Shown here in pieces: positions 54,556 to 61,347 of a DNA stretch of 64,000 nucleotides (positions are counted from its first letter, which is position 1; each line of letters begins with the position of its first letter). The notes under the pieces are model-generated. The model saw nothing but the letters and a program-made list of their open reading frames with translations, was not told the DNA's origin and did not search any database. This stretch comes from Reclinomonas americana ATCC 50394 (lineage: Eukaryota). The position numbers and the translations under genes are program-made. The stretch is from assembly GCA_048213135.1 (NCBI GenBank), contig PS015010.1, positions 1,302,001-1,366,000 of the forward strand, read 5' to 3'.

Positions 54556-56439
54556 TTACATTAATTGGAATTCGGCCAGCTGCAGGAATGTCGTGAACAA
54601 TGAATTCAGCCTGCTTTTTACGGTGTTGATATACGATGTGTTGGTTGGAGCTCCCGTATAATTATTCCAGGCGGTTGTCCAGTAACTGTTAGTCACCTGT
54701 CCGTTGAGCAGTGTCTGAATTTTGGTATCACTCTTATATGATGCCGGCAGATCTACCGTAAGCAGGTAAGGTATTACGGCTTCAATCAGCAGGTCCGGGT
54801 CCTGTATAGTGGCATTGGGAAACTGCTGCACAAAGGCAATAGGATCAAATTTGATCTGGATATTTCCGGTACTTGGCGTAAACCCGCTGACAAAGGCTGT
54901 GAGCAGGCTGGACCTTCTTTGAATACTGTTGGAATTGATCCAGTTCTGATAATAGGCAGGTTCCTGGTAGTAGGCTTTCCATCCTGATACATTGGGCACG
55001 AGCCCTATTCCCTGTTCTAAATAATTGTTTCCGAAATTCTGAAAGTAATTCCAGATGGCATACTGGTACACCACCTGGTTGGCTCCCGTTGCCGCGGTAG
55101 TGGGCATATTGAGCGTACGTAAAGTGCCTGCCATAAGATCGAGCGGACTTTTGATCATCACACCTTTATTGGCCACATCATAAAAATGTTCGCTTTTGAA
55201 AAGCGTTTTCACTACCGGTGCCATTTCCCAGTTGCTGCTCACCAGCAGATTGGCCAGCGGAACGATCACATTGGTCTCAATATTCGCATCAATATCATAA
55301 TAAATAAAATAGCGGTACAACCTGCGGCAAACATACCTGGCAACAGTGGTTTGCTGCTGGGTAAACAACATATCGAAAAAGATGTCGAACTCATTGGCGC
55401 CGTTTGCTCCTGACTGGTTGGTAATGGTAGTATTGCCGAAATTGGCAGAGAATACTTTGTTGCCCTGGTTATGATAGGCTGAATTGAAACCCGGCGCGAA
55501 AGGATAAGCGGATACAAAACCACCCGAAGGTACCCTCCATCCTGAAAACACTTTAGAAGCGGCGATGATATCGCTTTCCGTATAATTCTGTGTGGGCACT
55601 TTACCCATCGTGAATAATTCCATCAGTTCCCTTCCAAAATTCTCATTGGGAACAGATGCTGTACTCGACTGCCCGCCGAGGTAAACCAGCATGGCAGGCG
55701 TCTTCGCTATCGCTTTAATGAGTGTTTTAAAATTGCCCAGGGCATTGTTGCGGAGCAGGGTCATATAGTCGTTACCCATAGTGGCCCCATTACCCTGCAG
55801 ATCGGAGATATCGGAAAAATTTACCGGTATGAAGTGATACCAGAAATGGGTCATCTTTTCCCTTATGGAAGTGCCTTCATTGATACATAAACCCCAGCTC
55901 CATCCGGCAAGACTTTGCAAGCGGTAACTATTATTGCTGCCATCATTTGAATTCACATAGGTGAGGTTATTGGATGTCCAGCTGTTTCCCAATGTTATCC
56001 CTCCGCTGTCCGGCAGTGTATTCTGGTAATGATTAAGGGGTGTTGGTGATGGTGATGAAGGTGGACTCAAAGTAAAGAGATTGTCTACGGCATCAGACAT
56101 GGTCATGGCCAGCAATGCTTCCAGGTCGGCCTTTTTCACGCCGAAGCCCGCCCTGCGCAGTAGGTGTGCGGCCTGCCATTTGTCCCAGGTGCCGGTATAA
56201 GCAGCCAGTCCGCTGGTAACATTACCCACGCGGTTGAGTTCTGTACCCGTTCCGGGAACAGCGACGACCTCGCTGTATTGCCGGGCCGGCAGTGATTTCC
56301 GGGCATATTTCTCAAACAGGGGGTCGGGCCCTTCCTCACATTTTCCCTCTTCCAGGGTTCCGGGTTCAACCATTTCTTTCGATGGAATACCAATGATCTT
56401 TTTGAAAAGATCCCTGCGTTTGATTGATTCACTTCCCAT
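54556..56439 (-). CDS. DUF1800-family protein
   Basis: AAHLLRRAGFG, EKMTHFW, PNENFGRELMELFTMG, KSP, EFQL motifs; paired with DUF1501. Confidence 0.9.
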   Translation of the reverse strand: MGSESIKRRDLFKKIIGIPSKEMVEPGTLEEGKCEEGPDPLFEKYARKSLPARQYSEVVAVPGTGTELNRVGNVTSGLAAYTGTWDKWQAAHLLRRAGFGVKKADLEALLAMTMSDAVDNLFTLSPPSSPSPTPLNHYQNTLPDSGGITLGNSWTSNNLTYVNSNDGSNNSYRLQSLAGWSWGLCINEGTSIREKMTHFWYHFIPVNFSDISDLQGNGATMGNDYMTLLRNNALGNFKTLIKAIAKTPAMLVYLGGQSSTASVPNENFGRELMELFTMGKVPTQNYTESDIIAASKVFSGWRVPSGGFVSAYPFAPGFNSAYHNQGNKVFSANFGNTTITNQSGANGANEFDIFFDMLFTQQQTTVARYVCRRLYRYFIYYDIDANIETNVIVPLANLLVSSNWEMAPVVKTLFKSEHFYDVANKGVMIKSPLDLMAGTLRTLNMPTTAATGANQVVYQYAIWNYFQNFGNNYLEQGIGLVPNVSGWKAYYQEPAYYQNWINSNSIQRRSSLLTAFVSGFTPSTGNIQIKFDPIAFVQQFPNATIQDPDLLIEAVIPYLLTVDLPASYKSDTKIQTLLNGQVTNSYWTTAWNNYTGAPTNTSYINTVKSRLNSLFTTFLQLAEFQLM

Positions 56440-56641
56440 AGTACGTAGCAGTTTTAGCTGGTATAATAACATCCAGCTGGTTACCAGGTTAAAATAAAGG
56501 GTAAGTGTATGTTTTCAGGAACAGGTAGTAAAAAACTATGATCAGGCAGGTACAGATTACATCAGTACAAAACGAATATAATGTACTTTTTACACATATG
56601 CAATATAAAAATTCCGCGGTTGTGTTACAGTTTCATTTGGG

Positions 56642-56706
56642 GTCATTCCCACGTGAGGAAGAATCTCTTTCCTGTGACAAAAGATACCTCGTTACCTCGG
56701 TATGAC
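56642..56706. repeat. REP-like imperfect inverted repeat (GTCAT...ATCT / AGAT...ATGAC)
   Basis: 25-bp arms 56642-56666 and 56682-56706 match at 18/25 positions as reverse complements. Confidence 0.55.
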
Positions 56707-56739
56707 ACTAGGGGCAGGATTCAAACTGATGTCCGGCCG

Positions 56740-57723
56740 TCATTCCGGGATCTCTACAACCGTCCAGTTCTTGCTCCTTCTGCTGTAGAGGATATGATAA
56801 TCCTTTCCGTGCATGAGTTTATAAGTACGGTAGCCGTTGTAATAAGGCAGTTTAAGCCAGCCGTAATTGTAGATTTCAAATTTGAACACAAAGGCCTGTC
56901 CTGCTTTGATCTCTGCGGGTTGGAATTTTCTCCCGTCATCACTCAGTTGTACCGTTTCATCGCGGTTGCTCTGAATGGTGAGTGCGATCCAGGAAGGGTC
57001 ATTATCGGGTGTTGTCTGCGGAGTATTGGGATTGGGGTTGCCGGGGTTGGCAGGATAAGGATTGGGATTTGTAGGATATGGATTCGGGTTGGTTGGAGTT
57101 GGTGTCGGCGTTGCAGTGCCTGTATTACTGCCGGAATTCGCTGTACCGGGATTGTTGCTGGTTCTGGCCGCATTCCATCCACGTGTAATGGCCGCCAGCC
57201 TGTCGCTTTTCGCAGGATGTGTGTTACTCGCCCTGTCGCTGCCCACAGCACGCATGGCCGCCAGTGCCTGGTCAAGCGTGGCTCCCATCCTGTTCATCAT
57301 ATAACCGGAAAATGCGTCGGCCTCTATTTCTGAAGGAATGGTACTGCCCTGCCCGCTTACTACGTGGTTATAATAGTGATGTCCCATTTCATGCGCCATG
57401 ATGCTGAGACTGGCCCATTTGGTCTTGGCGTACTCATCTATATCTTCCAGGAAATTATTATCATACACGATCCAGCGGCGACCGCCCATAATAGTAGCGT
57501 AGGCATTCTGTATACCGTTCTGTTCACGCAGGTTAAAATTTTCTTTCCACTTGATGGTATCCAGCATATGGTTCACGATTTCCTTTGCCTCATAAACCGA
57601 CTGGAATTTGGTGGTAAGCGACCGGGGCGGAATGATATAGCCACAGGGCGTCAGTTTTTGCGCCGCTGCAAACTGCAGCAGTAAAAAAGTTCCGGCGATT
57701 GAAAAAAGTAAGCGTTTCATCAT
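56740..57723 (-). CDS. secreted HExxH metallopeptidase (M48-like) with Pro/Asn-rich linker
   Basis: signal peptide, QNAYA, AHEMGH, EIEADAF, THP...R; (NPNPYP)n linker. Confidence 0.8.
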   Translation of the reverse strand: MMKRLLFSIAGTFLLLQFAAAQKLTPCGYIIPPRSLTTKFQSVYEAKEIVNHMLDTIKWKENFNLREQNGIQNAYATIMGGRRWIVYDNNFLEDIDEYAKTKWASLSIMAHEMGHHYYNHVVSGQGSTIPSEIEADAFSGYMMNRMGATLDQALAAMRAVGSDRASNTHPAKSDRLAAITRGWNAARTSNNPGTANSGSNTGTATPTPTPTNPNPYPTNPNPYPANPGNPNPNTPQTTPDNDPSWIALTIQSNRDETVQLSDDGRKFQPAEIKAGQAFVFKFEIYNYGWLKLPYYNGYRTYKLMHGKDYHILYSRRSKNWTVVEIPE

Positions 57724-57812
57724 ATCCCATATTTGCTGACAATGTACAAAACGGCTTTGAACCCGTCAAAGTTTTGGGCAGTGGATTTGTACACGGTACA
57801 CAGATTACCGGC

Positions 57813-58859
57813 TTATGCCACTTCTGCCAGTTTATTGAACAGCGTATCCATTTCATTGTCGAGGTAAGACTGGACCAGGTTCACATACCGGTAAAAGGAC
57901 TTGCTGTCGCTGGCATGACCGGATATTTTTTTCACCACATGCTCTTTCATGCCCAGCATCAGCATGGTGGTTATGGCCGTACGGCGCATGGTATGAGAAG
58001 AGATCATATCACAAAAGCGGGTTGGGTCTGCCGGCGCCTGTACACCTACTCCCCTCCTCGACCTTTGCCTTGTTATGGCCTGTGTCCAGCCCGCCAGGCA
58101 GGCTATCTCTTTGAGTTGTGCATTGAAACGGCTAAGCGGTATAGGCGGGAAGATCGCTTTTCTCCGCTTCGCTGTTTCCCTGAACCGCCGGATGATCTCC
58201 ATGCAATAGGCTGGCAATTTAATACGTACCGCAGCCGAAGTTTTGATACTGGTAACAGGCAGATAATGCTGCCCTCCTACTTCTTCGATGTCGGAGAATT
58301 TAATGGCAAACAGGTCCGATACCCGCAGGGCTACCGTACATCCGAATACGAAGATGTCTTTGGTTTTACGTAATGACCGGCTCAGCGATGCGTCAAATTC
58401 GTGGTTATTGATGAGAAATTGTAACTGTTCCGGCATCAGTGTTACAATTGGAACTTCCTCCTTGCGTACATAAAATGATTTATGGAAGTTACCCGCAGGA
58501 ATGCCGAGGTCCTTTTCAATAAAGTTGAAAAAGATGCGGACGACCTTGATCACGGCGCCGGTATAATTATCGTAGCATTGTTTTTCCTGGTAGAGATAGG
58601 CGGTAAAATCGAGGTAGAATTTTTTCCAGTAATTGCGCTCTGCAGTTATCAGCCGTTTATTGGTATTGCCTGCGGGCTTTATCCGGATAATGGCGCCCGT
58701 CTTCAGTTCATACGCTTTAAGGTAGCTTAAAACATACCTGTAATTAACCACCGTTTGCGGGCGGATGCGGCCGCCATCGGGTTTTAGTCTTTTACCATTA
58801 AGGCTGTAGCGGATGAACTTTTCGAAGAGGGGAATAAGCGGGTATTCTTTTGTAGGCAT
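57813..58859 (-). CDS. tyrosine recombinase (site-specific integrase/invertase)
   Basis: intact catalytic set: ALRVSDL (R), IKT (K), SHTMRR (HxxR), SGH, FYRY (Y). Confidence 0.93.
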   Translation of the reverse strand: MPTKEYPLIPLFEKFIRYSLNGKRLKPDGGRIRPQTVVNYRYVLSYLKAYELKTGAIIRIKPAGNTNKRLITAERNYWKKFYLDFTAYLYQEKQCYDNYTGAVIKVVRIFFNFIEKDLGIPAGNFHKSFYVRKEEVPIVTLMPEQLQFLINNHEFDASLSRSLRKTKDIFVFGCTVALRVSDLFAIKFSDIEEVGGQHYLPVTSIKTSAAVRIKLPAYCMEIIRRFRETAKRRKAIFPPIPLSRFNAQLKEIACLAGWTQAITRQRSRRGVGVQAPADPTRFCDMISSHTMRRTAITTMLMLGMKEHVVKKISGHASDSKSFYRYVNLVQSYLDNEMDTLFNKLAEVA

Positions 58860-58970
58860 AAGATGGATTTTTGAGATTGAAAAATATTCACTTTTAGAGC
58901 GATTATGTTAAATTACAACAGAACCGGCTCTTTGAAAAGCAAACCTGCAAAGGACTTGAGCAGAATGATC

Positions 58971-58997
58971 ATTATCCCTTTGGGATGATGATGCCGG
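58971..58997 (+). repeat. left inverted repeat (27 bp), candidate recombination site
   Basis: attatccctttgggatgatgatgccgg, exact reverse complement of 62385-62411. Confidence 0.92.
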
Positions 58998-59953
58998 GGA
59001 GGGTGGCCAGTATCAGCGGTATTGATTATAAATTCACGGTTAATGGACAGGAAAAGGAAACTGACCTCAACAAAAATATCACTTCTGCTCCGTACTGGAT
59101 GTATGACAGCAGGGTGGCAAAGAGGTGGAATGTAGATCCGAGGCCAAATGTGTCGATAAGCCCTTATAATTGTTTCGCTGCAAATCCCATATGGTTTTCT
59201 GATATCAAAGGAGATACGATCAGGGGAGAGAACGGCTTCGATAAAGCAGCTTACAGGGCTGCATTGGTAGAACAGGTCGCTCTATTGGAACAATACAAAA
59301 AGGATGGCTTACCGGGTGGAATGGCAGGGAATAATAAAAATCTTAACTTGAAGTTAAATGAAATGAAGGCGGCATTGAAAACATATGATGCGCTGGAAGC
59401 AAGAAAAGATATCATTGTAGTCAGGAAAGGAGATCCGGCAACAAATGCGAATGAAGCCTGGACTAATTTCAATGTTGCACAGAATGCGCCGCGGATTGAT
59501 ATTGGAACAAGCGTTAAGGATGGGGATTATTTTTTAATTTCACATGAAATGCAGCACGTGGAAGATTATTATGAAGGACGATTCTCATTTGCTGCAGATG
59601 GATCAGGAGGCATCCTGGTTGACATATATGATGAGGTAGGCCCCAACAACAGGCAGGAAATTATTTCATCGGGTATTGTTGCGGCATCCCCTAATCCAAC
59701 GACCTGGACCGCGACAACTTTACCAAACAAAGTGTTTGGAGACGGCACAACACCCTATAACACACTTCCTAAGGATAAGCGGGTATTGTCTGATGCGAAA
59801 TGGTCAACTTTGTTAAAAGCAGAAACAGTAAAAAGTGTTAATGAGAATAAACCACAACCTCACTATTATGTAGGGTGGGAAAAAGACCGGGCTGAAGCCG
59901 AAGCGGCAAAAAAAGCGGCAGATGAAAAAGCAAAGGCTGAAGGTCCCAAGTAA
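58985..59953 (+). CDS. orphan Rhs C-terminal cassette (core end plus HExxH metallopeptidase-like toxin)
   Basis: reads (NDHYPFG)MMMPGR...NGQEKE...YDSRVAKRWNVDP...NPIWFSDIKGD, then a domain with SHEMQH; no Rhs body upstream (in-frame TAG at 58895-58897). Confidence 0.85.
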   Translation: MMMPGRVASISGIDYKFTVNGQEKETDLNKNITSAPYWMYDSRVAKRWNVDPRPNVSISPYNCFAANPIWFSDIKGDTIRGENGFDKAAYRAALVEQVALLEQYKKDGLPGGMAGNNKNLNLKLNEMKAALKTYDALEARKDIIVVRKGDPATNANEAWTNFNVAQNAPRIDIGTSVKDGDYFLISHEMQHVEDYYEGRFSFAADGSGGILVDIYDEVGPNNRQEIISSGIVAASPNPTTWTATTLPNKVFGDGTTPYNTLPKDKRVLSDAKWSTLLKAETVKSVNENKPQPHYYVGWEKDRAEAEAAKKAADEKAKAEGPK

Positions 59954-59962
59954 CAGCTCAAT

Positions 59963-60538
59963 ATGAAAAGAAATATAGTATTCATCGTGTACTGGTTGCT
60001 TATACCCGTACTTGTACAGTCCCAGGTAAAGGAAGGTCTTTACCTGGGTGAGAATAGCAGCGGAAGGTTACTGGTCAAAGCCGACAATACTGCGGAATTT
60101 TTTATGAGATATGAAACATCGGTATCTTTTAAATTCAAATGCAGGATAATAACGACAACGGACTCGTCTTTCCAGCTTGAGAACATAGGCGAGGTTAAAG
60201 ACAAAATTACCCAGCGTAAGAAAAAGAACAGAAGCAATGAAGTGTCAGTTAACTTCTACGCAATAGATATCGCAGGTCAAAGTTCGCCGGTTTCTGTAAA
60301 TTATGAGTTGATGTCCTGTTCGGATCAAGGAAGCGGAAGCAAAACATGCATCTGTTTTTTTTATAACAACAGGCTTTATTGCCATATTGTGAATACCAGG
60401 CAAAACGACATTTCGATATATATAGATGCAGCCAATTCTTTCCTGATAAAAAGCTGGAAGATAAGCGGAGACAGGCTGATACCTTATATAAATGGCAGAA
60501 TGACCGACAAGTGGATACTCAGGCGGCAGCATAATTAA
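59963..60538 (+). CDS. putative immunity protein for the orphan cassette, secreted
   Basis: starts 9 bp after the toxin stop, signal peptide, AT-rich; role inferred from position. Confidence 0.6.
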   Translation: MKRNIVFIVYWLLIPVLVQSQVKEGLYLGENSSGRLLVKADNTAEFFMRYETSVSFKFKCRIITTTDSSFQLENIGEVKDKITQRKKKNRSNEVSVNFYAIDIAGQSSPVSVNYELMSCSDQGSGSKTCICFFYNNRLYCHIVNTRQNDISIYIDAANSFLIKSWKISGDRLIPYINGRMTDKWILRRQHN

Positions 60539-60607
60539 AGTGACTTAAATCATGTATCTAACCCTGGATTTTTCGTTGTAAACAGATTGCCTTATTGATC
60601 AGCCAAC

Positions 60608-61324
60608 TCATTTCAGTTTTATAAGTGTTCCAGCCCGTTGCCTTTTTCTTTTGTCGCAGGGTTTGGAAGGCGCTTCAAATAAATCAATGTTCCTGCTATT
60701 GTTTTTTACAAAAGTGAAGTCATATTTCTTGCCTTCAATCTCCAGTACTATGCCGTTATAATATTTCCCGCAATCAATAAATGTGTAAATATGTTTTTGA
60801 CCGATAATATTATTATCTTTTATTAATGTACCACTATTACTTAAAAGTACACTTGAATACGACTTGAACCCTTTTTCTTCAAGAAGCCTGATATCAAAAA
60901 TCCCAGACAGGCATAATTTATTGATAGAATCAACTATTACCTGGGCGTCGCCAGAAGAGGAATGGGTTATGATAAAAGATATTGGTTCTGCTTTGCCAGA
61001 AGCTCCCGTTCTTTTTATCGACAAAAAAGCAGGATCAGAACCAGGCAGAATTTTTCCTTCACATTTCTTTAAAACCTCATCAGCATAAAAACATTTTTTT
61101 GCTGCATCCAGGAAAAAAGTCTGGTACTCAATCTGAACTGCGCTATAAGCATTAAACTGGTTATCGTCTGTAAATTCAAGAAGGATAAACTCTCCTTTAT
61201 ATGAAGAAGGGAATCCTCCCTTCTTCATATACCTGATATAATCGGTGTTTAAATAGTAGGTATTTGCCCGGACAATATATATGTTCAGTACAAACAACAG
61301 CAACAACAAACGCTTCTTTCGCAT
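60608..61324 (-). CDS. putative immunity protein for the attached Rhs toxin, secreted
   Basis: directly downstream of the Rhs gene, signal peptide MRKKRLLLLLFV, AT-rich; role inferred from position. Confidence 0.6.
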   Translation of the reverse strand: MRKKRLLLLLFVLNIYIVRANTYYLNTDYIRYMKKGGFPSSYKGEFILLEFTDDNQFNAYSAVQIEYQTFFLDAAKKCFYADEVLKKCEGKILPGSDPAFLSIKRTGASGKAEPISFIITHSSSGDAQVIVDSINKLCLSGIFDIRLLEEKGFKSYSSVLLSNSGTLIKDNNIIGQKHIYTFIDCGKYYNGIVLEIEGKKYDFTFVKNNSRNIDLFEAPSKPCDKRKRQRAGTLIKLK

Positions 61325-61347
61325 GGGTACATTTTATTCTTTACTTG

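Noticed and set aside
57813-58859. Tyrosine recombinase as the integrase of a prophage or ICE
   Set aside because: No adjacent tRNA, att-like direct repeat, excisionase, phage or conjugation gene is visible in the window. The neighbouring IR-bounded segment explains it better, though an island extending past 64000 cannot be excluded.
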